Positions 10,310 through 21,439 of a DNA stretch of 64,000 nt are shown here, in pieces (position 1 is the stretch's first letter; each line of letters opens with the position of its first letter). The notes under the pieces were generated by a model. That model did not search any database and was not told where the DNA came from. It saw only the letters and a program-made list of their open reading frames with translations. Made by a program: the position numbers and the translations under genes. This DNA comes from an uncultured Gammaproteobacteria bacterium (lineage in GTDB: Bacteria; Pseudomonadota; Gammaproteobacteria; JACCXJ01). The DNA lies in assembly GCA_963764725.1 (NCBI GenBank), contig CAVXTM010000018.1, positions 288,001-352,000 on the forward strand, in the 5' to 3' direction.

Positions 10310-11869
10310 TCAGTTTGCCCTGATCGTCGTCGGATCGACCTCCGCACCGAAGGCCTTTCGCAAGGCCCGGACATTGGGATCGTTTTCGAGCGCTTGTTGC
10401 GCCTGCGCGCGCCGCTTGCGGGCCGCTTGCGCCTCGAGGTCCGCCGGGCTTGCCCGCCCGGCGAGATCAGCGACGGAGATTTTCAAGCGGCTACCGCGCC
10501 CATAGTGGTTTTGCAGCGCCTCGGCTAATCTCGATTCGATGTTGTCATTGACCAGATGGCGTGCCGCCGGAGGCGCGACTAAGTGCAAGTCGGGTCCCAG
10601 GTGATCGGCCGGTACGCACTGCATCGCGAGCTCTCTCACCAAGCCGGAGAGTGCAAGTTCATCGATTAATTGTTGCCAGGCGCCGGCGTCCGCGCTTGCT
10701 GTTGCGGATGCTGTTACGATCCGTGTCTCCGCGGGCGCTGGAGTGAGCGTCTCGTTTCCGGCGCGCGGTTTCTCATTGCTCCCATCTTCGCGGGAGAAAG
10801 CGAGCATACGCAACATCACCATCTCAAAACCCCGCCTCGGGTTGGGCGTGAACGCCAGGTCGCGCCGGCCGATGAGCGCCGTTTGGTAGAATAGCTGGCA
10901 ATCCTCGGGCGTCAAGCACGTTGCCAGCACGCGGACCGCTTGGTCTTCGTCATCCGCGTTGACCTCGGCATCGGGGAGCACCTGACTCACCGCGATGCGG
11001 TGCAATATTCCAAGCACCTCTGCTAATGTCTGTTCAAAATCGGGCGTTAAGGCGGCCAACTGGTCAATCTGCCGCAGTAACCCCTGGGCATCTTGGTTCG
11101 CGAGAGTCTGCAACAAGCTAACTACTTGCCGGCGATCGACGGTTCCTAACATCCGGCCGATGTCGTCCGCGAGCAGGCTTCCGCCGCAGTAAGCGATCGC
11201 CTGGTCCAGCAAGCTCAACGCATCGCGCACGCTGCCATCGGCCGCCTCGGCGATCATTCGGCGTGAAGCCGAGTCACTCGACACGTTCTCCTCCTTCAGA
11301 ATGCGCTCCAACTGTTGCTCTAGGATCTCCTGGGGGATGCGTTTGAGGTTGAATTGCAAGCAGCGGGAGAGGATCGTGACCGGGAGCTTCTTGGGCTCGG
11401 TGGTCGCCAGCAGAAACTTCACATGCGGCGGCGGCTCTTCAAGCGTCTTCAGTAAGGCGTTGAAGCTGTGGTTGGAAAACATATGGACTTCGTCCACGAG
11501 GTACACCTTGAAGCGTCCTCGCGTGGGAGCGTAGGGGACGTTTTCCAGCAATTCGCGGGTCTCGTCGACGCGCGTGCGCGAGGCGGCATCCACTTCGATT
11601 AAATCGATAAAGCGCCCCTCGTCGATCTCAGTACAGGAGGTACAGGCGCCGCAGGGCTGGGAGCTTACCCCCGCTTCGCAGTTGAGGGCCTTGGCCAGAA
11701 TACGCGCGACGGTAGTCTTGCCGATGCCGCGCGTCCCGGTGAAAAGGTAGGCGTGGTGGATGCGGCCCGAATTCAGGGCGTTGGTCAACGCCCGCACGAC
11801 ATGATCCTGGCCGACCAGCTCCTCGAATCGCCGCGGCCGCCATTTGCGCGCGAGTACCCGGTAGCTCAT
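10310..11869 (-). CDS. dnaX: DNA polymerase III subunit gamma/tau
   Basis: MSYRVLARKWRP, GTRGIGKT, DEVHM, SRC motif. Confidence 0.98.
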   Translation of the reverse strand: MSYRVLARKWRPRRFEELVGQDHVVRALTNALNSGRIHHAYLFTGTRGIGKTTVARILAKALNCEAGVSSQPCGACTSCTEIDEGRFIDLIEVDAASRTRVDETRELLENVPYAPTRGRFKVYLVDEVHMFSNHSFNALLKTLEEPPPHVKFLLATTEPKKLPVTILSRCLQFNLKRIPQEILEQQLERILKEENVSSDSASRRMIAEAADGSVRDALSLLDQAIAYCGGSLLADDIGRMLGTVDRRQVVSLLQTLANQDAQGLLRQIDQLAALTPDFEQTLAEVLGILHRIAVSQVLPDAEVNADDEDQAVRVLATCLTPEDCQLFYQTALIGRRDLAFTPNPRRGFEMVMLRMLAFSREDGSNEKPRAGNETLTPAPAETRIVTASATASADAGAWQQLIDELALSGLVRELAMQCVPADHLGPDLHLVAPPAARHLVNDNIESRLAEALQNHYGRGSRLKISVADLAGRASPADLEAQAARKRRAQAQQALENDPNVRALRKAFGAEVDPTTIRAN

Positions 11870-11945
11870 AGGCCTCTCACGGCTCCGCTAGCCTCCGTAA
11901 TACGGGCGCAACGCGTTGCCTGAACTGGGCGCCGGGCTTTTTTGG

Positions 11946-12058
11946 GTGGCGGCCCGTGCCAGCCACGCCCCAGCACCCGCTCCGCTGCTGCCGCTGCTCC
12001 CTCTCGGGCCTGACGGGGTTCACAACCTCGCGTCGCGGGGGTACCGGCACGCGCCACC
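11946..12058 (-). ncRNA. ffs: Signal recognition particle 4.5S RNA
   Basis: Minus strand has the conserved helix-8 core GTCAGGCCCGAGAGGGAGCAGC inside a long hairpin (GGTGGCG..GCCACC); typical position upstream of dnaX; ends approximate. Confidence 0.9.
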
Positions 12059-12105
12059 ATGCTCTCACTATCATGCAGGCTGAAAAGTTCCGGATAGAGT
12101 ATGAT

Positions 12106-12198
<93 letters not shown>

Positions 12199-12702
12199 GG
12201 ATAAGCTCGTTTCAGCGGGCAAGCGACAATCTTTCCGATGTGGGTTTTATAGGGCTCGCTTTTGGAACGCATCGAGCGCCTGTCGCCCCGCTGTTTAAGC
12301 GCTCTGCCTCTCCGCTACCACGCAGGAAAGGGTAAACCAGAACCTTGGGCGGTGCAATTCGGTGCCTCGATGAAGCTTAAGCCCCCAGCCTGCGGGCTAA
12401 CGATAAGACCATAACAGCGCGGGTCATACCGGTGGGTGCGGGTCTAGCCGGACGCACGTGAGTATGAGACGCTAGGTCGCATCAGCCCTGACTTCCCGTG
12501 CGGAAGCGAGACTTGCTCATACGCACGCGCTTCGCATTCGCAGAGACGGTCTGGCGGGCGCCGCCGTACGAAGCGTGAGCTAAATCACGTAATGTGGCGC
12601 TCGATCAATATTTTAATAGCCCACCAGCCTAATATGTCCGTCCCCTTGGTGTCTCCGCACAGTGAGGTTTTGTGAACCAGGCGCCGATATTCTTCAAAAC
12701 CA

Positions 12703-15132
12703 TTGGGTAATGCCTTGAAGCTACGAGCGAAGATTCTCCTGACGCTGCTGCCATTAGTAATCGCGCCGCTGGCCCTCCTAGCGGCAATTGCGGCCAAGGA
12801 CCTGCAGCAGGCGAGGGAGCAGGCGATCGCGGCGCACCTGCTCGGGCCTATCGAGGCGGTGGCGTCACGCTTCCAGTGGACTATGCGCGGGGTGCGCAGG
12901 GACCTCACGGCGCTGGCTCGTCTGCATAACGACGCCGCGGAGAGCGGACCACAAACGCTGTATTCAGAAATCCAACGATCGTTTCTCCTCACTCAACAAA
13001 CCCGATCCGGCTACCTCGATCTCATGCACGTCAGCGAAAAAGGCGGGGTGAAGGTGCGTTCTCATCAAACGCCCGGGAGCAAGCGGTATGCCTCCCAGCC
13101 GGCAATAGCCGCCATGCTGAGGCATGAGACAGACGAATTCAGTACGCTGATATCCGTCGATAGTAAAACAAAGTGGGCTTTGTGGATTTCAAAACGCATT
13201 GCGATAAACGACCCTAATCGGCTCGTTGCGAGTCTGTCCCCGGGCTATTTCGTGGTGGTGGTCAGTCTGGATAGCCTGAGCGAAATCGCCGCGAATGAAT
13301 CACTGAGCGCGTCCTCGCGGCTACTCATTACCGACGGATCCGGCCATACCCTGTTGCAAATCCCACGGGCGAGCCCGACCATGTTAGGCACTCTTGAGGC
13401 CTCTGAGTTGCGACGCATAGCCTCGCAGCGAGAGAGGATCAGCGTCAAGGAAGAGGGGCAAGCGTGGTGGTTCACGGGCCATCAGCTGCACGGTGAATTG
13501 CTCGCGTTCATTGGCCTTCCTGAGGCGGCGCTCGAATCCACTCTACCGGCATTCGCCCCGCGGGTGATGTTGCTTGGATTGGCGTCGATCGCGGTCTTTA
13601 TCGTGCTTGGTTCGATGGTGCTGCGAGCCTTCCTAACACGTCCAGTGGAGGCACTCAAACAAGCGGCGGAACAGCTTGGCCAAGGAAGTAAACCGGTTGC
13701 GATTGATGTTCGCAGCAAGGATGAGCTCGGTGAGCTCGCGGATTTAATCAGCAACGTGGGCCGGGATTTGAAGCAATCGAGCGATAAAATTCGTTACTTC
13801 GCGTATCACGATAGCCTCACGCGCTTGCCGAACCGGCGCTTGTTCAGAGAATACCTGAAACACGCCCTAGCCCACGCGCGCCGCCGCGAGCAATCGCTGG
13901 CGCTATTGTTTCTAGACCTCGATGACTTCAAACGCGTCAACGACATGCTTGGCCATCAAGCCGGCGATGTGGTGCTGCGCGAGCTTTCAGGGCGGCTGCT
14001 AAACTGCGTGCGCGCGGACGATTACGTCGGCCGGCAGTTCCCGAATCCGGCCGAGGGCCAGACCGTAGCGCGCTTAGGCGGAGACGAATTCACTATCTTG
14101 TTACCGAGCATCAGTCTTCCTATCGAGGCCGCGACGGTGGCCGAGCGCGTGCTCAAGGCCGTGGAAACACCATTTCTTCACGGCAATACCGAGCTACATG
14201 TCGGGGCCAGCATCGGGATCACCATTTACCCGAATGACGGCATGGATGCCGATACGCTGATCAAGAATGCCGACATGGCGATGTACCATGCCAAAGAGCT
14301 AGGAAAGAATATCTATCAATTCTACCGCGAGGCCATGAACGTTGCGGCCGTCAAGCGTCATGCGCTTGAAAACGCATTACGGAAAGCCGTCGAGCGGAAT
14401 GAGTTGAAATTGGTCTATCAACCGCAGGTGGAACTGAAGAGCGGACGGATTGTGGCCGCCGAGGCGCTGTTGCGATGGCATCATCCGCACGAGGGCTTGA
14501 TCGGGCCGGAACGATTCATACCGTTAGCCGAAGAGACCGGGCTCATCGCTCCGATCGGAGAATGGATCATCCACTACGCTTGTCAGCAAGCCGGCGCTTG
14601 GCGGGCGGCCGGTCATCACGGATTGACCGTCGCTATCAACGTATCGGGCGTGCAATTCATCCGCCAAGATCTTGTGGCTCTGTTTCAATCCGCGTTACAC
14701 GAATCGGGACTGCCTCCCGAAGCGGTCGAAATCGAGCTCACGGAGACCTCAATACTCCGCGCCGAACAGTCTATCTTCAAGACGCTGCCGGCGCTTAAGG
14801 AGTTGGGAATCCGAGTGACTCTCGACGACTTCGGCACCGGCCGTTCGTCCCTAAGTTACCTCAGGCAACTGCCTGTCGATAAGCTCAAGATTGATACAAG
14901 TTTCGTTCGCCATATCACCGTGGATCCGAAAGACGCCGCCATCGTTTCCGCTATACTAGCCATGGCCGAGAATCTCAAAATCCCGGTGGTGGCCGAGGGC
15001 GTCGAAACCGACGCGCAGGTTGAATTCCTTCGGCGAAGGAACTGTTCCTATATTCAGGGATATATCATCAGCCGGCCCGTATCCGGAGATGTCCTGCCGT
15101 CGATGCTTGCCCAGGCCGCGGTCAGGGCGTAA
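12703..15132 (+). CDS. Membrane sensor diguanylate cyclase/phosphodiesterase (TM-periplasmic-TM-HAMP-GGDEF-EAL)
   Basis: Two TM segments, HAMP (DELGELA), intact ARLGGDEF, EALLRW and DDFGTG. Confidence 0.95.
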   Translation: MGNALKLRAKILLTLLPLVIAPLALLAAIAAKDLQQAREQAIAAHLLGPIEAVASRFQWTMRGVRRDLTALARLHNDAAESGPQTLYSEIQRSFLLTQQTRSGYLDLMHVSEKGGVKVRSHQTPGSKRYASQPAIAAMLRHETDEFSTLISVDSKTKWALWISKRIAINDPNRLVASLSPGYFVVVVSLDSLSEIAANESLSASSRLLITDGSGHTLLQIPRASPTMLGTLEASELRRIASQRERISVKEEGQAWWFTGHQLHGELLAFIGLPEAALESTLPAFAPRVMLLGLASIAVFIVLGSMVLRAFLTRPVEALKQAAEQLGQGSKPVAIDVRSKDELGELADLISNVGRDLKQSSDKIRYFAYHDSLTRLPNRRLFREYLKHALAHARRREQSLALLFLDLDDFKRVNDMLGHQAGDVVLRELSGRLLNCVRADDYVGRQFPNPAEGQTVARLGGDEFTILLPSISLPIEAATVAERVLKAVETPFLHGNTELHVGASIGITIYPNDGMDADTLIKNADMAMYHAKELGKNIYQFYREAMNVAAVKRHALENALRKAVERNELKLVYQPQVELKSGRIVAAEALLRWHHPHEGLIGPERFIPLAEETGLIAPIGEWIIHYACQQAGAWRAAGHHGLTVAINVSGVQFIRQDLVALFQSALHESGLPPEAVEIELTETSILRAEQSIFKTLPALKELGIRVTLDDFGTGRSSLSYLRQLPVDKLKIDTSFVRHITVDPKDAAIVSAILAMAENLKIPVVAEGVETDAQVEFLRRRNCSYIQGYIISRPVSGDVLPSMLAQAAVRA

Positions 15133-15227
15133 TTCTTTATTAGCAAACCGTAGCGGCAGCAATGAGCCCCCCGCGCCCTTCGCCAGGGACGCGCAATGAT
15201 AGTAGTTCATCATCGAACCGACACGAT

Positions 15228-15848
15228 CTACGCCCGCCCCATGCTCCCGAGGTGCGTTCTCAAGACACCGACGACGATCCCCTCAATGACAAGGGAGTCG
15301 TCACGCATATCGACTTCGACGGGGGTGAACTCTGGGTTCTCGGGGAGAAGCCGTACCTGATTACCACGGCGGCGGAAGCGTTTGACGGTAATCTCCTCTC
15401 CCAGACGGGCCACGACGATCTGCCCGCTCGCGGCCTCGGGTGTGGCATGAACGGCTAGGAGGTCGCCGTTCTGGATCCCGGCATCCCGCATGCTCAATCC
15501 TCGCACCCGCAGGAAGAAATCGGCCGCGGGATCGAATATGTCCGGGTCTATGGCGCAGTGGCTTTCGATGTTTTCCTCGGCGACGAGGGGGACGCCCGCG
15601 GCAACCCGGCTCACAACCGGGATCCCGGCCGGCCCTTCGGTTAACACCTGTATGCCGCGAGAGGCCCCTGGTAGAAGCCTGATCGCACCTTTGCGCTCGA
15701 GCGCTCTGAGGTGGTCCTCGGCCGCATTCGGAGAGCGAAAACCAAGCTTGCCTGCGATCTCGGCGCGCGTGGGTGGAAATCCTTTAGAGGCCATAAACCT
15801 GCGGATCATCTTAAGGATTTGAGCTTGACGTGACGTAAGTTTTTCCAT
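15228..15848 (-). CDS. lexA: SOS repressor LexA
   Basis: [18 protein letters not shown] cleavage site, GLSM serine, TVKR lysine. Confidence 0.97.
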   Translation of the reverse strand: MEKLTSRQAQILKMIRRFMASKGFPPTRAEIAGKLGFRSPNAAEDHLRALERKGAIRLLPGASRGIQVLTEGPAGIPVVSRVAAGVPLVAEENIESHCAIDPDIFDPAADFFLRVRGLSMRDAGIQNGDLLAVHATPEAASGQIVVARLGEEITVKRFRRRGNQVRLLPENPEFTPVEVDMRDDSLVIEGIVVGVLRTHLGSMGRA

Positions 15849-15863
15849 AGTAATATCGTCTGA

Positions 15864-15879
15864 CTGTCTTTAAACACAG
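15864..15879. promoter_or_regulatory. LexA (SOS) box upstream of lexA
   Basis: CTGTCTTTAAACACAG matches CTGT-N8-ACAG, 15 bp upstream of the lexA start. Confidence 0.85.
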
Positions 15880-16032
15880 CCTATTTTAGCCGCTATTGGC
15901 AGGAAAGCAAGCCCATTCGTTCCTGGATATAAAAATATTTGCATATTGCTCCAGGGGCAAACGCTCTTAAAACACGTCCTTCTATCCACTAAGTTGTTAT
16001 TTATACGTGAGTTTACAAATTGAATCCACAAG

Positions 16033-17385
16033 CTATGCTTCCACCCGGCGTAGGGTCACGAATTCCTCCGCCAGCGTGGGGTGTATGCCCAAGGTGGCAT
16101 CGAACACCGCCTTGGTGGCCCCGGCCTTGAGAGCGATGGCGATGCCTTGGATCACTTCGGCGGCCTCCGGCCCCACCATATGGGCGCCGACCACCCGATC
16201 GCTCGGCGCCGCGACGATGAGCTTCAGAAAAGCCCGCTCGTCACGTCCGGAGAGGGTGTATTTCAGGGGCGTAAACTGCGTCTTATAGACCTTGATCTGA
16301 TCAAAACGCGCGCGGGCGCCCGCCTCCGTGAGGCCGACGGTGGCGAGCTCTGGCTGACTGAACACGGCCGTCGGGATATTGCCGTAATCGACCCCGTGCG
16401 CTGCGTTTCCGAAGAGACAACGGCTCACCGCCATGCCCTCGGCTATGGCTAGCGGCGTTAGTCGGACGCGATCAATGACATCGCCGATGGCATAGACGGA
16501 TGAAACCGAGGATCGATACTCATCGTTTACCACGATTGCGCCGCTTTCGGTCCTGGCGATGTCCAGGGCGTCGAGACCAAGTCCGCTTACCTGCGGGACC
16601 CGTCCGATCGCATACATCACAAGCTCCGCTTCGAGGTCCTCGCCGGTGCCGAGAGACACACGCGAACCGCCCGGGATGCGCGTGAGTGCGTTTACTTCGG
16701 TATTAAACCTGAACGAAACTCCTTTGTTTTGCATCTGCTCCGCCAAGAAACCGCGCGCATCGTCATCGAAGCTCCGAAGAAACAGGGGCCCCCGATGCAG
16801 GAGCGTGGTATGCACTCCCATCCCATTGAAAATGCCAGCGAATTCGACGGCAATGTAACCTCCGCCGACGATCACAATGCGTTTGGGAAAATGCGGGAGC
16901 GAGAAAGCTTCGTCGGAGGTAACCGCAAGCTCCTGCCCGGGAATGTCCGGACGCTTCGGCCGGCTCCCGGTCGCGATGAGAATGAAACCTGCTGTGTAGC
17001 GCGCCTCATCGACCGCGACCGTATGCGCATCCACCAATCGGGCGCGCCCGTGGATGATCGTCACGCCGGCTGCGCGCAACAGGCGTCCATAATGTTGCCG
17101 CAGCCTAGCGACTTGCGCGTCCTTATTGGCGATCAACCGGCCCCAATCGAAAGCCGGTTCTCGTACGCTCCAGCCATATGCGGGGGCCTCACTCAGGTCG
17201 TCGCGATAGTGAGCTCCATAGACGAGGAATTTCTTAGGAACACAACCCAAATTAACGCATGTGCCCCCGAGTTGGCGTGGCTCCGCGATCGCAACGCGCG
17301 CGCCGAGCTCGGCGGCGGTGCGCGCCGCGCGTATGCCCCCGGAACCGGCGCCGATGACAAACAAGTCAAGGTTGTAACCGGACAT
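16033..17385 (-). CDS. gor: Glutathione-disulfide reductase
   Basis: GAGSGG, GGTCVNLGCVPKK, GGGYIAVEFA, GIHPT.AEE. Confidence 0.93.
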   Translation of the reverse strand: MSGYNLDLFVIGAGSGGIRAARTAAELGARVAIAEPRQLGGTCVNLGCVPKKFLVYGAHYRDDLSEAPAYGWSVREPAFDWGRLIANKDAQVARLRQHYGRLLRAAGVTIIHGRARLVDAHTVAVDEARYTAGFILIATGSRPKRPDIPGQELAVTSDEAFSLPHFPKRIVIVGGGYIAVEFAGIFNGMGVHTTLLHRGPLFLRSFDDDARGFLAEQMQNKGVSFRFNTEVNALTRIPGGSRVSLGTGEDLEAELVMYAIGRVPQVSGLGLDALDIARTESGAIVVNDEYRSSVSSVYAIGDVIDRVRLTPLAIAEGMAVSRCLFGNAAHGVDYGNIPTAVFSQPELATVGLTEAGARARFDQIKVYKTQFTPLKYTLSGRDERAFLKLIVAAPSDRVVGAHMVGPEAAEVIQGIAIALKAGATKAVFDATLGIHPTLAEEFVTLRRVEA

Positions 17386-17503
17386 CCTGTGCGCGCCTAC
17401 TCATGGGTATAACACAGTGGCATCGAACGCCGCCCGAAGAGTACTGGACGCGCGTAGCTCTCGAGACCGGTCATGCCGTGTGCGCCCCCCCGCAAGGGAC
17501 GAT

Positions 17504-18547
17504 CTAAGGTGTTCCCGTGCAAAAAGCGGCGAGCACCTCGATGCAATTGGCCATCGCGCCCAGGTGCGCGATCTCATATCCGTGCGTGTTCTGCGTCGGG
17601 AATCCTAGGCAAGCCGCGCGTCCGATATGACCGAATTTCATGGCGAGCGACGCATCGCTACCGAATCCGCTGATGGCGGCTAGCTGCAGTGGCACGTTGC
17701 TCCTTGCCGCGGCTTGCCGCAGATCCCTATTGAGGCTTTCGTCGTAGAGTCCGTGCCCATCTTGAGAGAGTAACACCGGGGCAATCCCATCTTCGATCGG
17801 GTACTCGGGCGCCAAGGGACAGATCTCAAGTGCGATCAGCGCATCGAGCGGCTGTCGTTGCGTGAAGAAAAGCGCGCCCAGTGCGCCGACCTCTTCCTTA
17901 GCGGAGGCCACAAGATAGATGTCGCGCCCGCACTCCCGTAATTGCTCCGCCAGTACCAACAGAATTGCGATCGACGCCTTGTTGTCCAGGGTATAACTGG
18001 CGATATAGTCCTTGATCCGGAAAGGCCGCTTGCGGTGCTTGCCCACTACCATGCGCGTCCCAGGCCGAACGCCCGCCTCGCGCAGTTCACGCGCGCCGCA
18101 TTTGGTTTCGACCCAGACATCTTGCCAGCGCAACGGGGTCTCATCTTGTTTTGCCTTCTGCGGCGATTCGTGCGAAACATGACGGGAGCCGAACGACAGT
18201 ACCCCGCTAACAACAGCGGCGTCCCCGAGTAAGTCCACGACGCCTTCTCCATAAACCCACGGGAAGGCCCCTCCCAATGCGCGTACGTTGACGCGCCCGT
18301 CGGCACGCACCGTTTTCACGATCGCTCCGATCTCATCCTTGTGCGCGGTGACGGCGATCGCGCCCTCATTGCGCCCCGAAACCTTGACGATAATGTTACC
18401 GGCCGGGTCTTGAACCACCTCGTGGCCATACTCTCGCAATCTGTAAAGCAGAAATTCATCGATTTCGCCTTCCACCCCACTCGGCGAGTGATGCATAACC
18501 AGAGTTTCGATCTCCGTGAACAATCGATCGTAGGATACGGACGGCAT
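17504..18547 (-). CDS. M42/M28-family metallopeptidase
   Basis: SPSG.E, AHKDEIG, LDNK, KEEVG, FGSDA, NTHGYE metal-ligand motifs. Confidence 0.85.
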   Translation of the reverse strand: MPSVSYDRLFTEIETLVMHHSPSGVEGEIDEFLLYRLREYGHEVVQDPAGNIIVKVSGRNEGAIAVTAHKDEIGAIVKTVRADGRVNVRALGGAFPWVYGEGVVDLLGDAAVVSGVLSFGSRHVSHESPQKAKQDETPLRWQDVWVETKCGARELREAGVRPGTRMVVGKHRKRPFRIKDYIASYTLDNKASIAILLVLAEQLRECGRDIYLVASAKEEVGALGALFFTQRQPLDALIALEICPLAPEYPIEDGIAPVLLSQDGHGLYDESLNRDLRQAAARSNVPLQLAAISGFGSDASLAMKFGHIGRAACLGFPTQNTHGYEIAHLGAMANCIEVLAAFCTGTP

Positions 18548-18683
18548 GACTTAGAATAACACGAGCACGGGGGGACGGTTCGTCTCTGTCGAATCAATGC
18601 ACTATGATATACGGGAGCATGTGCGCTGTGAGTGCAAGGTTGGCATTCTTCGCCCCGGATGTGACTGCCCATCAACGTAGCCG

Positions 18684-19121
18684 ATGAAATACACACGGTT
18701 TGCTATTAACATCCTCGAAAACGATCGCAACGAAATTCTGCTTCTCAAACGGTCCCTGCACCTAAGCCTCGGTCCAGGACAATGGGGATTCCCGGCCGGT
18801 CATATCGAGCCCGATGAAACGCCGGAGACGTGCTCCATACGCGAGTTAAGGGAGGAGCTAGGCCCCCATCATCGGCTCGTACCCGTGCGCAAGCTCGGCC
18901 CGGTTCGGGACACCTTTTATGGCGGTAAGTTCGAGATTTTCTTACTTCATTACCGGTGGCAGCGTGGAAACATCGAGCTCAACAACGAGCACACCGGCTA
19001 TGCTTGGGTCGGGCGAGAAGCCTATCGCAGTTACGAGGTCGTCGATGGAAGCGACGAGGACCTTGATTATTTCGGGATCTGGCCGCGGTCGTACTTAAAC
19101 AAAGACAAGCTACCCGGCTGA
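18684..19121 (+). CDS. NUDIX hydrolase
   Basis: Nudix box GHIEPDETPETCSIRELREELG. Confidence 0.9.
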   Translation: MKYTRFAINILENDRNEILLLKRSLHLSLGPGQWGFPAGHIEPDETPETCSIRELREELGPHHRLVPVRKLGPVRDTFYGGKFEIFLLHYRWQRGNIELNNEHTGYAWVGREAYRSYEVVDGSDEDLDYFGIWPRSYLNKDKLPG

Positions 19122-19327
19122 TCGGAGCATGATAGAGAACGGGGGCACACACGCGGAGATCCCCGAAACGCCGTGCAATTTTTCACTACACAGTCTAAAG
19201 TAACTAAAGTAAGTGTGTGAACATGGTTTACAACCTTACCAAGAATCTGGACGGCAACCGGCAAAATGCGAACCGTTTTTAATACGTAATCTTCATTTGC
19301 TGCATAAACACGAGCGAGGTGAGCACC

Positions 19328-19519
19328 ATGCAAAGATTCATCTACGGCCTGTTGTTGGTGATGTTATTGAGCGCATGTGGAAAGAAGGAACCAGAAGCGC
19401 AAGTATGCGGCGGTATCACGGGGAAGCAGTGTCCTGCCGGCCAAACCTGTATTGATGATCCCAGCGATACCTGCGACCCGCAGAAAGGCGGGGCGGATTG
19501 CCAAGGGATCTGTAAATAG
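19328..19519 (+). CDS. Small Cys-rich lipoprotein
   Basis: Lipobox LLSAC followed by a 6-Cys module CGGITGKQCPAGQTCIDDPSDTCDPQKGGADCQGIC. Confidence 0.8.
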   Translation: MQRFIYGLLLVMLLSACGKKEPEAQVCGGITGKQCPAGQTCIDDPSDTCDPQKGGADCQGICK

Positions 19520-19677
19520 CTCAAGCTCGGCTGGCTTCAACGAAGTTGTCCAACCGGCGGACGGTACGGCGCCGACCGCCCGCCGGCACGCGCACGACCC
19601 GACGCGGGGTTTTTGAACCCCTCGTTTCTGCGGCGGATTGCCCTGCGTGTATCCGCCCTATCAGTCGGCCTTACGCC

Positions 19678-19956
19678 TTATAGTTCCAGCTTGTCGTCGG
19701 GAACGAGTCGGACGGTGTAGGCATCAACAAACATTACGGCGATGAGCCAGCCGATTAAGAAAAGAGGAGTCGGGAAAAGAGGAGTCGCTATGAATAAAAA
19801 GATCCCGGAAAAAAAGAGAACCGAGATGACAAAAAATTGCCTGTCGATCGATCGCGTTAACCTCGTTCCGCAACGATCACAGCGCAAGGGTGACCAACGG
19901 GAGATTAGCCAGACTTTAAGAGGGGATAGCTTATTGTTACATTTTGGGCATTGCAT
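19678..19956 (-). CDS. Small zinc-ribbon (CxxC-x19-CxxC) membrane protein
   Basis: CPKC..CDRC followed by two hydrophobic helices. Confidence 0.65.
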   Translation of the reverse strand: MQCPKCNNKLSPLKVWLISRWSPLRCDRCGTRLTRSIDRQFFVISVLFFSGIFLFIATPLFPTPLFLIGWLIAVMFVDAYTVRLVPDDKLEL

Positions 19957-19982
19957 AGGGGTACCATCCTGACTGAAAAGGT

Positions 19983-21206
19983 TTACGTGATTTTCGAACG
20001 TTGTCCTGCTATACGCATCCGAAGTGCATTTAATTTTATGAAACCACCCGCGTCTTTTTGATCATAGGCTCCGGCATCGTCTTCGAAGGTCGCAATAGCG
20101 GTGTCGAAGAGACTGTCCGTGTCGGATTTCCGGCCCGTCACCATGACGGTGCCTTTATACAGCTTTAAACGCACGACGCCGTTCACGTGCGCCTGCGCCG
20201 CGTCAATTAATTCCTGCAACATACGGCGCTCGGGGCTCCACCAATAGCCGTTGTAGATCAGCGCGGCATAGCGGGGCATGAGATCGTCCTTTAGATGGGC
20301 CACCTCGCGGTCGAGCGTGAGCGATTCGATCGCGCGGTGCGCCTTGAGCAAAATCGTCCCGCCCGGCGTCTCGTAGCAGCCGCGTGACTTCATGCCGACG
20401 TAGCGGTTCTCTACGATATCAAGCCGCCCGATCCCATGCTCACCGCCTAAGTGATTCAGCGTCGCGAGCACCGCCGCCGGCGCCAGGCGGGTGCCATCAA
20501 TGGCCACGGCGTCACCGCTTTCGAAGGTCAATTCGACGTAACGCGGCTGGCCGGCGGCGGCCTCGGGCGATTTCGTCCAACGCCACATTGAGGGATCAGG
20601 CTCGACCCAGGGATTTTCGAGCTCGCCGCCCTCGTAGGAGATGTGCAAGAGGTTCGCATCCATGGAATAGGGCGCTTTCCTGCCGCTCGTACGCTCGACG
20701 GGTATCGCGTACCGCTCGGCATAGACGAGCAATTGCTCGCGGGAGGCAAGGTCCCACTCGCGCCACGGCGCGATGACCTTGATATCGGGCTTGAGCGCAT
20801 AGGCGCCGAGCTCGAAGCGCACCTGATCATTGCCCTTGCCGGTGGCGCCGTGAGCGATCGCGTTCGCCCCGGTCTCGCGCGCGATCTCGACCAGGCGCTT
20901 AGCGATGAGTGGCCGAGCGATCGAGGTCCCCAACAGATACTCGCCCTCGTAAATCGCGTTCGCGCGGAACATCGGAAACACAAAGTCACGCACGAATTCT
21001 TCCTTGAGATCGTCGATATAGATCTCCTTCACACCGAAAGCCTGCGCCTTCACGCGTGCGGGCTCGAGCTCTTCGCCCTGGCCGATGTCGGCCGTAAAAG
21101 TCACCACTTCACAGCGGTAGGTCTCCTGCAGCCACTTTAAAATCACGGAGGTATCGAGCCCGCCGGAATAGGCCAGCACGACTTTCTTAATCGATTCGTT
21201 CCTCAC
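19983..21206 (-). CDS. argG: Argininosuccinate synthase (likely GTG start at 21206)
   Basis: [37 protein letters not shown]. Confidence 0.98.
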   Translation of the reverse strand: MRNESIKKVVLAYSGGLDTSVILKWLQETYRCEVVTFTADIGQGEELEPARVKAQAFGVKEIYIDDLKEEFVRDFVFPMFRANAIYEGEYLLGTSIARPLIAKRLVEIARETGANAIAHGATGKGNDQVRFELGAYALKPDIKVIAPWREWDLASREQLLVYAERYAIPVERTSGRKAPYSMDANLLHISYEGGELENPWVEPDPSMWRWTKSPEAAAGQPRYVELTFESGDAVAIDGTRLAPAAVLATLNHLGGEHGIGRLDIVENRYVGMKSRGCYETPGGTILLKAHRAIESLTLDREVAHLKDDLMPRYAALIYNGYWWSPERRMLQELIDAAQAHVNGVVRLKLYKGTVMVTGRKSDTDSLFDTAIATFEDDAGAYDQKDAGGFIKLNALRMRIAGQRSKIT

Positions 21207-21439
21207 ACGATTACTCCGAATCATCTGGTTGAGCCACACACAATCGCTTCCACCATTGTACACATCCGTGCCCCAATTCCCATGAAACGGGCCAAAATTA
21301 ATCGCGGCCTCTACGCATGCGGCTGGTATTGAGCGGCCTGTAGCGTTTTTACATGTATTTTCTGCGCAAGGCGCCGGTTGTTAGCTATAGCCTTATCGCC
21401 GTAGCTCGGCACCGCGCTTGCGCAAGCGTGGTAGGTTTC

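Noticed and set aside
10310-10800. Programmed -1 frameshift site in dnaX
   Set aside because: No A-AAA-AAG slippery heptamer or long A run seen
12455-12530. Imperfect inverted repeat (gtgagtatgag / ctcatacgcac) in the tRNA-Ser to GGDEF intergenic region
   Set aside because: Single short instance with no further support for an RNA or operator
15980-16032. AT-rich stretch with DnaA-box-like words (ctatccact, gaatccaca)
   Set aside because: Each has two mismatches to consensus and there is no oriC gene context
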